Source: an uncultured Enterobacteriaceae bacterium
Lineage (GTDB): Bacteria; Pseudomonadota; Gammaproteobacteria; Ga0077536
Assembly (NCBI GenBank): GCA_964523765.1
Contig: CAZFZX010000005.1
Span: forward strand, 329-64,328
DNA length: 64,000 nt
Direction: 5' to 3'
Below are positions 8,717 to 17,590 of this stretch, piece after piece. The notes beneath the pieces were generated by a model. The model saw only the letters and a list, made by a program, of their open reading frames with translations, searched no databases and was not told the DNA's origin. A program made the position numbers and the translations under genes. Every line of letters begins with the position of its first letter. Positions within the stretch are counted from its first letter, which is position 1.

Positions 8717-10645
8717 ATGGGCATCCTGGTAAATATCGATAACGGCGGCACGTTTACCGATGTCTGCATCAGTGACGGCGACCGGATCGTATATGCAAAA
8801 TCGACCACGACTGCGCACGACTTGACGCAATGTTTTGTCGACGTACTGACCCGCGGTTCGCGGGAACTCTACGGGACAGAAGACCTCGGCCGATTGATCC
8901 GCGATACCGATTGCTTGCGCTATTCGACGACCGCCGGAACCAATGCGGTCATTGAGCACAAGGGCACCCCGGTGGCGGTCCTTGTCGAAGCCGGCGAAGA
9001 GGACGCGCTCTACGGCGCCAAAGATGCCCTAAACGATAATCAATTGTGGCAGGCGATGGTGCCGTATCGACCGGCCGGGATCACGGTAACGAGCGGTGGC
9101 GGCATCGACGGCGAAGAATTGACCAAGATCGTCAATGCGTTGTTGTCTGAAGGTGCGTTGCGTTTGATCGTGGCGTTGCGCTCGAAGGAAGCCGAGCAAA
9201 ACGTCAAGGCGGAATTGCTCGAACGTTATCCGCGGCACTTGCTCGGCGCGATACCCTTTCTGGTGTCCTTTGAACTGGTAGAGGATGCCGACGACGCGCG
9301 GCGCACGGTCACCGCGGTCGTCAATTCCTATTTACACCCCGGCATGGAACACTTTCTGTATGGCGCCGAGACGATCTGCAAGGATCACCACCTGCACCGA
9401 CCGCTTTTGATCTACCGCAACGACGGCGACTCCGCCCGCGTTGCTAAGACGACGGCGATCAAGACCTGGGGATCGGGGCCGCGCGGCGGGCTCGAAGGCG
9501 CGGTGGCGTATGCGCGGCTGTATGGGGATGCGTCCGTTTTGGCCATGGATATCGGCGGCACGACGACCGACCTGTCGCTGGTTCTCGACAAAGCCGTGCA
9601 GATGCGGCCATACGGCGCGGTCGGTGACGTTCGTACTTCGCTCGCGCTGCCGGACCTGCACAGTTTTGGGCTCGGTGGCAGTTCCGTCGTGACGGTCGAG
9701 GGCGGTACGTTCCGGATCGGACCGGAAAGCGTCGGCGCCTCGCCCGGTCCCGCGTGTTTCGCCCGCGGCGGTACCGACGCGACCTTGACCGACGCATTAT
9801 TGGTTTGCGGCGTGATCGATGCGAATGCATACCTCGGCGGCGAAATGAAACTCGACGTCGCTCGCGCCGAGCAGGCCCTGTTGAGCGCGATCGGCGAACC
9901 CCTGGGTATGGATGCAGCCGCCGCCGCTCTCGCGACGGTTCGCGCTTTCGAGAAAGCGTCCGGGGAAAACCTGGCGGCGGCCGTGCGCAATGCTGGCCGG
10001 GAACCTGGCGAGACCTGCCTCGTCGCCTACGGCGGCGGCGGTCCGATGATCGTAACCGGGATTGCCGAAGCCGCGGGCATAACACGGATCATCATTCCAC
10101 GTTTGGCCTCGGTATTCAGCGCCTTCGGTATCGGTTTCAGCCACCTGGCGCATGCCTATCAGGCCCGGCTCGATGGTGCGGCGCCGAAAACCGTCGAGGC
10201 CGAGCTCCGCGCCCGCGCCGAACGCGACATGTATGGCGAAGGCGTCGCGCCCGAAGACTGTCGCTACGAGTCGGGTCTATGGGGCGCAAAGGGCGAGAAC
10301 GTGATCGAAGCACCGCTGTCCGAGGCTGAGGAATTCTCCGCTAATGTCGATGATGCGCGAGTATCCGTGAAGGCGACTTTCGAGTTGCCGGCCTCCACGC
10401 TCGTCGGCGACGACGGGAAGAGCGGGAAAGCCGCGCAGGTGTCCGGCAGCACCGACGTGCTCCTTGGCGGCGAGACGGCGACGGAGGTTCGGACTTACGA
10501 TGACGCCGACCTCCGATCGGGGCAGACGATTGAGGGTCCGGGACTCATCCGCGGCGCCTATCTCACCTGTCTCATCGGCGCCGGCTGGGGCTTGAGAGTT
10601 ACGAGTAACTTAGACCTCGTCATTGAGGCAGACCGACATGACTGA
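8717..10645 (+). CDS. hydantoinase/oxoprolinase A-type (HyuA) subunit, paralogue 1 (alpha-prime-like)
   Basis: 642 aa. N-terminal ASKHA nucleotide motif NIDNGGTFTDV and second motif LAMDIGGTTTD. HyuA-family layout. Confidence 0.85.
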   Translation: MGILVNIDNGGTFTDVCISDGDRIVYAKSTTTAHDLTQCFVDVLTRGSRELYGTEDLGRLIRDTDCLRYSTTAGTNAVIEHKGTPVAVLVEAGEEDALYGAKDALNDNQLWQAMVPYRPAGITVTSGGGIDGEELTKIVNALLSEGALRLIVALRSKEAEQNVKAELLERYPRHLLGAIPFLVSFELVEDADDARRTVTAVVNSYLHPGMEHFLYGAETICKDHHLHRPLLIYRNDGDSARVAKTTAIKTWGSGPRGGLEGAVAYARLYGDASVLAMDIGGTTTDLSLVLDKAVQMRPYGAVGDVRTSLALPDLHSFGLGGSSVVTVEGGTFRIGPESVGASPGPACFARGGTDATLTDALLVCGVIDANAYLGGEMKLDVARAEQALLSAIGEPLGMDAAAAALATVRAFEKASGENLAAAVRNAGREPGETCLVAYGGGGPMIVTGIAEAAGITRIIIPRLASVFSAFGIGFSHLAHAYQARLDGAAPKTVEAELRARAERDMYGEGVAPEDCRYESGLWGAKGENVIEAPLSEAEEFSANVDDARVSVKATFELPASTLVGDDGKSGKAAQVSGSTDVLLGGETATEVRTYDDADLRSGQTIEGPGLIRGAYLTCLIGAGWGLRVTSNLDLVIEADRHD

Positions 10646-11009
10646 ACAAAGAATCGCGATCACCGAGTACCTCGAAATCGATCTGGCGAGCGAACGCTGG
10701 CACTGCCGCCGCTGCGGCTACGACATCGCGGACGCTCACTCGCCGTACAAGGAAGGCCTGTTGGTCTACGAGCGCGATCCGCGTGAGATACACGATTCGA
10801 TCATCGATGATCAGAAATACGAGTTCACTTATGCGCCGGATCCGGATTGGTGTCGGATCATCGAGTTCTATTGCCCGGGCTGCGGCACTATGGTGGAAAA
10901 TGAATACGTGCCGCCGGGACTGCCGTTGACAAACGATCTCGAACTCGATCTCGACAGCCTCAAGGAGCGCCACGCCGAAGCCAAAGGAGCCGCCGATGCG
11001 TCGAGTTAG
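10638..11009 (+). CDS. acetone/acetophenone carboxylase gamma-like Zn-ribbon subunit
   Basis: 123 aa from the ATG, which overlaps the upstream stop by 8 nt. Cys pairs WHCRRCGY and EFYCPGCGTMVENE match the AcxC-type pattern as recalled from memory. Confidence 0.8.
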   Translation: MTEQRIAITEYLEIDLASERWHCRRCGYDIADAHSPYKEGLLVYERDPREIHDSIIDDQKYEFTYAPDPDWCRIIEFYCPGCGTMVENEYVPPGLPLTNDLELDLDSLKERHAEAKGAADASS

Positions 11010-13125
11010 CGTAGATATCGGCGGGACGTTTACGGATTGCTTTCTGGCGTTCGACGGAAAGTACATCGAATCCAAGTCGCTCACGACGCATCACAATCTG
11101 GCGTCCGGCTTCATGGAAGCGTTGAATAAAGCGTGTGCGGAAATCGAATTGGAACTCGACGAAGTATTGAAGTCCGTAGACGCAGTACGCTATGGCACGA
11201 CCTTGGGTACGAATGCGTTGATCCAGCGCAATGGTCCGCGTGTCGGAGTTCTCACGACGGCGGGCTTCGAATCGTCCGTGCCGCTGATGCGCGCGAGGGG
11301 CTACGGCGACGGGCTCGACTTCGCTGATCAGACGAACCTGCCCGGCGCCGATCGGCCCGTCCCCTTGGTGCCGCCGCAGTTGATCGTCGGCATCGAGGAA
11401 CGCATCGATTACAAAGGCGGCGCTCTGCTCGATGTCGACGAACAGAACGTGCGTGAGCAAATCCGCCACCTCGTCGATATGGGTGCACAGGCCTTCGTCG
11501 TGTCACTGGTCAACTCGGTGGTCAACCCCGAACACGAAAAAGAGGTCGAACGGATCATTCTGTCCGAATACCCCACCCACGTGCTCGGAGCCATACCGAT
11601 CGTGCTCTCGCACCGCGTCGCCGGGCGCAAAGCCGAATACTCGCGCACCATGTCCGCCGTCCTCGACGCCTATCTGCATGATCAGATGTACCACGGTATG
11701 TCTTCGCTCGAAGTCGTTCTGCGCCAGAACGGTTACGCGCGTCCGATGCTGCTCGTGCACAACACCTCGGGCATGGCGCAGATGAATTCGACCCACGCGT
11801 TGCAGACCATCCATTCGGGGCCGGTCGCCGGGCTCGAAGCGACGGATTATCTGTCGAAGCAATTCGCGGAGCCGAACGTCATCGCGACCGATATGGGCGG
11901 GACGAGTTTCGACATTGGTCTTGTGACCGCCGACGGCGTCAAGTTCTACGACTTCAACCCCGTCATCGATCGCTGGCTCGTCAGCACGCCGATGACCTAC
12001 CTGCACACGCTGGGCGCGGGTGGCGGCTCGATTGCACGCTACGATCGGCTGTGGGAGGCGGTCGAGGTGGGGCCCGAAAGCGCCGGCTCCGATCCGGGAC
12101 CGGCATGCTATGGCCGCGGCGGCAAAATGCCGACGACAACCGACGCCAATTTGGTGCTCGGTTACCTCGATCCCGACAACTACGCCGGCGGCACGATCAA
12201 AGTGAGTATGCGCCGCGCCGAGCGCGCCATCGAAGAACACATCGGTAAAGCGACCGGCTTGTCGCTCGTGGATGCGGCGAAGGCGATCAAACGCAAGGTC
12301 GACGCCAACATGGCGAGTGCGATTTTCAAGGAGGTCGCGGTCAAGGGCTATAATCCGAAGAACTTCGTGATCCTGAGCTATGGCGGTGGCGGACCGATCC
12401 ACGCTTGCGGTTACGCTTCGAAGATCGGTATCTCGCGGATCCTCATACCGCCATTCAGCTCGGTTTTCTCGGCGCTGGGTGCCGGCAACATGGACCAGTT
12501 GCACATCCACGAAAAATCACTGTATCTCATGCTTTACGATGCGACTCGGCGTCACGTGCTCGACGACTACACCGTCGTCAACGAAACGATCGAGGAGCTC
12601 GAGGAACGCGGGCGCGAGGATCTCATCCGTCAGGGCGTCGCGGTCGAGGACATCAAGACGCGGGTCGAACTCGACATGCGTTACGGTAACCAACTTGCCC
12701 AGATCGGTATTGCGAGCCCCGTCAACCGAATGGAATCGCCGCACGACGTGATCAAGCTACTCGACATCTTCAGCGAAAACTACGCGCAGCGTTTCGGTGA
12801 GGGCTCGCAGGCCCCGGAGGCCGGCGTGCGCATCAATGTCATACGCGTCGTCGCCTACATCGAGCACGAGCGCTTGAAACTAGAGCGATCGAATAAGGAA
12901 GTCGATGCGAAACCGATCGCGCGTACCGAGCGGGAGTGTCACTACCCGGATCTCGAAGCTCCGTTGGCGACGCCGGTGTTCGATCACGATGCGGTCGCGG
13001 ACGGGATGAAGGTGGCCGGCCCGGCGTTGATCGAAACGCCGCGAACGACGTATCTGGTGGAACCGGGATGGACGCTCACGATGGGGCGCATGGGCTCGGC
13101 GATGATGGTGAAAGACGATGCGTAG
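10996..13125 (+). CDS. hydantoinase/oxoprolinase A-type (HyuA) subunit, paralogue 2 (acetone carboxylase beta / Apc-alpha-like)
   Basis: 709 aa with motifs VDIGGTFTDC and ATDMGGTSFD. The start overlaps the gamma gene by 14 nt. Confidence 0.9.
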   Translation: MRRVSVDIGGTFTDCFLAFDGKYIESKSLTTHHNLASGFMEALNKACAEIELELDEVLKSVDAVRYGTTLGTNALIQRNGPRVGVLTTAGFESSVPLMRARGYGDGLDFADQTNLPGADRPVPLVPPQLIVGIEERIDYKGGALLDVDEQNVREQIRHLVDMGAQAFVVSLVNSVVNPEHEKEVERIILSEYPTHVLGAIPIVLSHRVAGRKAEYSRTMSAVLDAYLHDQMYHGMSSLEVVLRQNGYARPMLLVHNTSGMAQMNSTHALQTIHSGPVAGLEATDYLSKQFAEPNVIATDMGGTSFDIGLVTADGVKFYDFNPVIDRWLVSTPMTYLHTLGAGGGSIARYDRLWEAVEVGPESAGSDPGPACYGRGGKMPTTTDANLVLGYLDPDNYAGGTIKVSMRRAERAIEEHIGKATGLSLVDAAKAIKRKVDANMASAIFKEVAVKGYNPKNFVILSYGGGGPIHACGYASKIGISRILIPPFSSVFSALGAGNMDQLHIHEKSLYLMLYDATRRHVLDDYTVVNETIEELEERGREDLIRQGVAVEDIKTRVELDMRYGNQLAQIGIASPVNRMESPHDVIKLLDIFSENYAQRFGEGSQAPEAGVRINVIRVVAYIEHERLKLERSNKEVDAKPIARTERECHYPDLEAPLATPVFDHDAVADGMKVAGPALIETPRTTYLVEPGWTLTMGRMGSAMMVKDDA

Positions 13126-13201
13126 GTCGGGTTAGGCGCGACAGTGCCGTAACCCGACAGTGAGTGGAATCGTCGGGTTACGCTGCACTAACCCGACCTA
13201 C
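13122..13201. repeat. REP-like palindromic element, family B copy 1
   Basis: gtaggtcgggttaggcgc..gccgtaacccgac ... gtcgggttacgc..ctaacccgacctac. This is a pair of inverted GTAGGTYGGGTTA units. It contains the TAG stop of the upstream gene. Confidence 0.7.
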
Positions 13202-13243
13202 GAGAGCTTAGTTAGTTAGTTAGGTATTTGAGAGGGTACAGCC

Positions 13244-15472
13244 ATGGGCGGTGACCAGGAAAAATCTGTCATAGAAAAGTTCCTCGAGGATAACGTGCTT
13301 TTCCTGGGACCCGATCCCGAGATCATGCGCGACCATTCCGTCGTCAAGGCCTCTGCGCGGGAAGAAGCCGCGCTCAAGCGCTTCGACGACCCCGACGAGA
13401 TCAATCTCATCCGCCACAAACTGCAGACGGCCTGCAATGAATCCTTCGATATGGTCGAGCAGATGGGGGCGGCGCCCGGCGCGAAGTGGGGCGATCTCAT
13501 CTCCGGTGTTTGGACCATGCACGGCGATTTGGCTATGGCCAGCATGGGCGGCGTGCTGATCTTCTCGGTGCTGACGCAACATCCCGTGAAATTCATTCTG
13601 AAGTATTGGAAAGACGAACCGACCGTCGGGCTCAAGGAAGGCGACGTTTTCATGCATAACGACGCGCGCTACGGCAACATCCATAACACCGACCAGAGCC
13701 TCGTCATTCCAGTTTTCCACGAGGGCGAACTCGTGTGCTTCACCGGGGCGATCGTGCACGAGGGCGAAAACGGCGCCACCGAGCCGGGCGGTATGCCGTC
13801 GGCGGCGGAATCGCCCTACGACGAAGGGCTTAAGATGTCGCCGCTGCTCGTTGGTGAGAATTACGAATTCCGGCGCGACATCATGACCTTTCTCCAGAAC
13901 TCGGTACGCGAACCCAAGCTGCAGCTCGAGGGAATGAAGGCTAAGCTGTTTGCGGCGATACGGATGAAGGCCAGGGTCGACGACGCGATTGCCGAGTATG
14001 GCATCGACGCGGTGGTTGCGACGCTGCGCAAAACGCTGACGGATACCGAGCTTGAAGTACGGAGAAAACTTCGCTCCTGGCCGAACGGAAAGGTGCGTAC
14101 GAACGTTTTTGCCGACGGCACCTTGCGCGAGAATTGCCTGATCCGGATCCGCTGCGAGTTGCACAAGCGCGATGACGAATTGGTGATCGACTTCCGCGGT
14201 TCGTCACCGGAATTCCTCAACCGCGCGAATAACACGATACTGGCTTCGGCCAAGGGCATGCTGGCACAGGAGTTTCTGAGTTTCGTGTGGCCCGACCTGC
14301 CGCGCAACCAGGCGGTGTTTGCGCCGATGACTGTGATAACCGACGAACGGTCCACGCTCAACTGTTCCCCCGAGGCGCCCAACGCCCAGAGCATGATGAC
14401 GTTCTTTCCGAGCTTCACCGCGGTCCAGATCGGGGTCCCGAAATTTCTCTACAGCGCCGGCGAACGCAGTACCGACATTATCGCCGGCTGGTACAACATG
14501 ATCGTGACGTTCATTTACGGCGGGGTGAACCAGTATGGCGAACTCGTGGGCAACGTGTGCGCCGACCTCAACGGTATGGGTGGCGCCGCTCGCTGGAATC
14601 GCGACGGTGAACATTCGATCGCGCCGATCTTCGCGCCGATGGCCGACATCGGAGAGCAGGAGCTCATCGAAGAAGAAGTCCCGCTGATGAAGCTCGTACC
14701 GAACAAATTGATGCGCGATTCGGAAGGGTTTGGAAAATTTCGCGGCGGTCACGGCTATCAGCAGATTGCGACGATGAAGGAATCGTCGATGTGGGGTTAC
14801 ATGTGTTGTTCGATCGGATCGAAATTCCCGACCACCTACGGCGTTTTTGGCGGTTACGCGCCGGGGTCCTATCCCTTATGTAAAGTAAAAGGCGTCAACG
14901 TTTTTGAAGTCATGGAAGACCGGCGCGATCTGCTGCGGTACTCCATCGAAGAGATCATGAACGAGCGGCCCTTTCCGGGGGCCACCTACACGTCTCACCA
15001 TATGGGTTTGCAATTAGAGTTTGCCGAGCCCGGCGAGTTATACATGATCACGCAGGGTTCTGGCGGCGGTTATGGTGATGTGCTCGAACGCGATCCCGAA
15101 CTCGTGGCGAAGGATTATCTCGATGGTTTGATCTCGATGCGTCCGGTGCAGCAGATCTACCACGTGATCCTCGACGAGAAAACTGGCGCGGTCGACGTCG
15201 AGGCGACTCAGAAAGCGCGTGATGCCGAACGCGAGAAACGCAAAGCACGTGGTAAACCTTACAAAGAATTCGTCAAGCAGTGGCAGACGGACACACCACC
15301 GGCCGATGTTCCGTTCTATGGTTCCTGGGACGACCGGGACACGATCTACATGGGGACGCCCGATAAGACGTGTCCGGCGGACGCGATCGAGCCGGTGATG
15401 ATGCCGGATCCGAAGGACGTTCGTATCGCGCAGCTCGAGTCAGAGTTGGCCTCACTGAAAGGTAGGAGTTAG
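13244..15472 (+). CDS. hydantoinase B/oxoprolinase (HyuB) subunit (acetone carboxylase alpha / Apc-beta-like)
   Basis: 742 aa with HyuB-type layout. A good RBS (gagaggg) precedes the ATG. Confidence 0.9.
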   Translation: MGGDQEKSVIEKFLEDNVLFLGPDPEIMRDHSVVKASAREEAALKRFDDPDEINLIRHKLQTACNESFDMVEQMGAAPGAKWGDLISGVWTMHGDLAMASMGGVLIFSVLTQHPVKFILKYWKDEPTVGLKEGDVFMHNDARYGNIHNTDQSLVIPVFHEGELVCFTGAIVHEGENGATEPGGMPSAAESPYDEGLKMSPLLVGENYEFRRDIMTFLQNSVREPKLQLEGMKAKLFAAIRMKARVDDAIAEYGIDAVVATLRKTLTDTELEVRRKLRSWPNGKVRTNVFADGTLRENCLIRIRCELHKRDDELVIDFRGSSPEFLNRANNTILASAKGMLAQEFLSFVWPDLPRNQAVFAPMTVITDERSTLNCSPEAPNAQSMMTFFPSFTAVQIGVPKFLYSAGERSTDIIAGWYNMIVTFIYGGVNQYGELVGNVCADLNGMGGAARWNRDGEHSIAPIFAPMADIGEQELIEEEVPLMKLVPNKLMRDSEGFGKFRGGHGYQQIATMKESSMWGYMCCSIGSKFPTTYGVFGGYAPGSYPLCKVKGVNVFEVMEDRRDLLRYSIEEIMNERPFPGATYTSHHMGLQLEFAEPGELYMITQGSGGGYGDVLERDPELVAKDYLDGLISMRPVQQIYHVILDEKTGAVDVEATQKARDAEREKRKARGKPYKEFVKQWQTDTPPADVPFYGSWDDRDTIYMGTPDKTCPADAIEPVMMPDPKDVRIAQLESELASLKGRS

Positions 15473-15486
15473 CCGGGCGCTGCCTC

Positions 15487-16314
15487 ATGTCAGCCGGGGT
15501 CCTGCGTGCATGGCTGGACGGCGATCGCGATCGCCTGGTCTGGATCGAGTTCGACGAGTATGCGCACCGGGTATTCGCCGGCGATGGCGACGACTGGTTG
15601 TCTGTCGCGAATGCGTTTGTCGGCGGCGTGAGCCAGGCCGCCGGTGTCGTTGTGACCGAAGTGCTGTCGGTCGACGCACTGGCGCCTTATCTTTTGAGCC
15701 TCGAGCGTAGTACCGATTCGCCGGCTGCGGCGGTGCAGGCCATGCTGCAACTCGAAGCGCCGCGGCAGTTTGTTTTCGAGGTGGTCGATGCCCTTGCTCA
15801 TCGTTTCGCTACGCGTGCCGATCTCGTGCTCAAGGTACCGTCCCCCGCGGGACTGCTGCGAGCGGCCGGGTCCGGACCCGAGCCGTCCTTCGACGATCTC
15901 GACGACGTCGGGATCGGACTTTCCGACGTGCTGCGGGAATTATCCACCAAGCCGTTTGCGGGCGTTCTCATCACGAGTCCCGAGTTCCCGGCCGCCGACG
16001 AAGCGGAAGCGATGGAGTCGGTTGCGAGCGCCGCTCGTCATTACGGATGGTGCGTCGCGCTGAGCCTCGACAACGTGACCACCGTACCCGATGAGCTGCC
16101 GGAACTCGATCTGGACCTGTTGTTGTTACCGTCCGTGGGGATCGCGGATTTAACGGCTGTCTCGGCGCCCCTCGGCGGTGGCCTCGGGCAGGACTATTGG
16201 CGGACGGACAATGTGGCCTCGATCCCGGAAGGCCGCCGCCTGTTGTATGGCTCGATACCGGCGGACGCACAACCCGAACTCGTGATCCAGCGGATCGCCG
16301 CTGCCCTGGGGTAG
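15487..16314 (+). CDS. hypothetical protein, possible accessory subunit of the carboxylase-like cluster
   Basis: 275-aa ORF, 14 nt after the HyuB gene on the same strand. It shows an alternating beta/alpha pattern (VWIEFDE, VVVTEVL, LVLKVPSP, GVLITSPE, WCVALSLD, LLLLPS). No family recognised. Confidence 0.55.
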   Translation: MSAGVLRAWLDGDRDRLVWIEFDEYAHRVFAGDGDDWLSVANAFVGGVSQAAGVVVTEVLSVDALAPYLLSLERSTDSPAAAVQAMLQLEAPRQFVFEVVDALAHRFATRADLVLKVPSPAGLLRAAGSGPEPSFDDLDDVGIGLSDVLRELSTKPFAGVLITSPEFPAADEAEAMESVASAARHYGWCVALSLDNVTTVPDELPELDLDLLLLPSVGIADLTAVSAPLGGGLGQDYWRTDNVASIPEGRRLLYGSIPADAQPELVIQRIAAALG

Positions 16315-16347
16315 GTCGGGTTAGGCGCGTCAGCGCCGTAACCCGAC
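16311..16347. repeat. REP-like element, family B copy 2 (half unit)
   Basis: gtaggtcgggttaggcgcgtcagcgccgtaacccgac. It contains the TAG stop of the 15487..16314 ORF. Confidence 0.65.
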
Positions 16348-16352
16348 AAGAA

Positions 16353-16493
16353 ACTGGATGCCGGGGCTAGGACCGCTCCTGCGGTCCCTGCGCACTTCCG
16401 CCATCCCTGGCGGTCGTAAATCCGGCATGACGGTAATGACGTTCATCGGGCAATCCCGGATTAGAAAATGATCCACATTTCGGAACAGTTAAG
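16353..16493. repeat. family A repeat copy 2 (partial, one terminal repeat)
   Basis: The gatgccgg...ccggcatgac hairpin has an extra module in its loop (gctaggaccgctcctgcggtcc...cacttccgccatc). It ends in atttcggaacagttaag, which contains the TAA stop of the TetR gene. Confidence 0.6.
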
Positions 16494-17118
16494 CGCCCGC
16501 GCCGGGGTGGACGAGCGCGTGCAAGAGCATTCGATAATATTCCTCGAAGGCTTCCGCTACCGTGAGGTCTGTGCTGCGGTAAAAATCGGGTTCGCGCAAG
16601 CGGTTCAGCCCAGCGAATACCATCTCCGCAACCAGTACCGAATTGATGTCCCTGAATATGCCGGTTTCGATCCCGCGCTCGATGAGTACGCGTAACCCAT
16701 CGACCCGCAGCCGGATGTGTTCCTGCCATATACGGCGCGCCGGTTCCCATTTATCGATGTCTGCAATCGCGACCGGGCTCAGGCGCAAAGCCGCGCGTAC
16801 ACCGACCTGCAGGTATTCGAATATCTGCTGCGCAGGATCGTGATCGCAATCCGCGGTGGCGAGCGCCGCGTCGGCGCGCAGCGTTTCGAAGAACATCGTG
16901 ATGACCTGCAATACGAGTTCGTTCTTGGTCGATGCGAGTTCGTAAATCGTGCGTTTGGAGCAACCGAGTCGCTGCGCCATCTCCGATACGCTGAGACGCG
17001 CGAACCCGTCCGCCAGGATGATGTCCTGCAAAGTGGCGCGCAGCCGGGTTTCGCGCTGCGACCCGGCGCGGTTCGCGTCTACGGCGGCCGTTGGTTCGGC
17101 TGCGGCGGGATCGTTCAT
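16489..17118 (-). CDS. TetR/AcrR-family transcriptional regulator
   Basis: 209 aa. N-terminal TetR HTH: FARLSVSEMAQRLGCSKRTIYELASTKNELV. Confidence 0.85.
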   Translation of the reverse strand: MNDPAAAEPTAAVDANRAGSQRETRLRATLQDIILADGFARLSVSEMAQRLGCSKRTIYELASTKNELVLQVITMFFETLRADAALATADCDHDPAQQIFEYLQVGVRAALRLSPVAIADIDKWEPARRIWQEHIRLRVDGLRVLIERGIETGIFRDINSVLVAEMVFAGLNRLREPDFYRSTDLTVAEAFEEYYRMLLHALVHPGAGA

Positions 17119-17368
17119 GCTATCTGCGTCTCGATGCTGGAGGTAACAAAGGTACCAGTAGTTTTACCTCAGTACCGACCGAACGCAAGCCAGACGTGTC
17201 GGCTACGGCCGGTACCGATCGGGTCGGGGCGGTCCCGCATTCCGGCACGACCCTAGCCGCTAGAATACGCTTCCGTAGGGATGCGGCATCGCAACACATT
17301 CTCTCTATTTATTAGCAGGTTGACAGGATTTGGGGACCAACCTATAGTCCTCGCTCGCTCCGCTGAAG

Positions 17369-17383
17369 GTACTCTGTTAGTAC
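17369..17383. promoter_or_regulatory. candidate operator: inverted repeat GTACT-N5-AGTAC in the tetR / RND divergent region
   Basis: Perfect 5+5 inverted repeat, flanked by further GGTAC motifs (17151-17178 and 17388-17393). No binding evidence. Confidence 0.2.
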
Positions 17384-17590
17384 AAAAGGTACCGGCCGGG
17401 GCCGGACGACAATCAAGAATTCGACGCGAGTACGATGATCCGGGCTGTGACCGTCGGCGTGGCTGCTGTAATGGAGCTACCCTGACGCGTTCGAAGCAAC
17501 CAACCAGAACCGGCCTAACTCCCGTAGATTTCTGCAAACAAATTAATCGTTCTGCAATCGCCGCCAGGACGTACGGAGTTGGCCTAAATC

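Noticed and set aside
11503-12510. Long antisense or alternative-frame ORFs of 250-335 aa. Examples: 330..1175(-), 11503..12510(-), 13220..14164(-), 22482..23441(-), 34035..34823(-), 34250..35227(+), 37823..38821(-), 40416..41375(-), 45627..46361(-).
   Set aside because: Each lies fully inside a gene with clear family motifs on another frame or strand. Their translations are Arg/Pro/Gly/His-rich low-complexity sequence, typical of shadow ORFs in GC-rich DNA.
13208-13223. A (TTAG)4 tetranucleotide tract just upstream of the HyuB RBS as a possible phase-variation switch.
   Set aside because: There are only four units, the tract is outside coding sequence, and it lies next to a REP element. That is too short to support slipped-strand regulation without population data.
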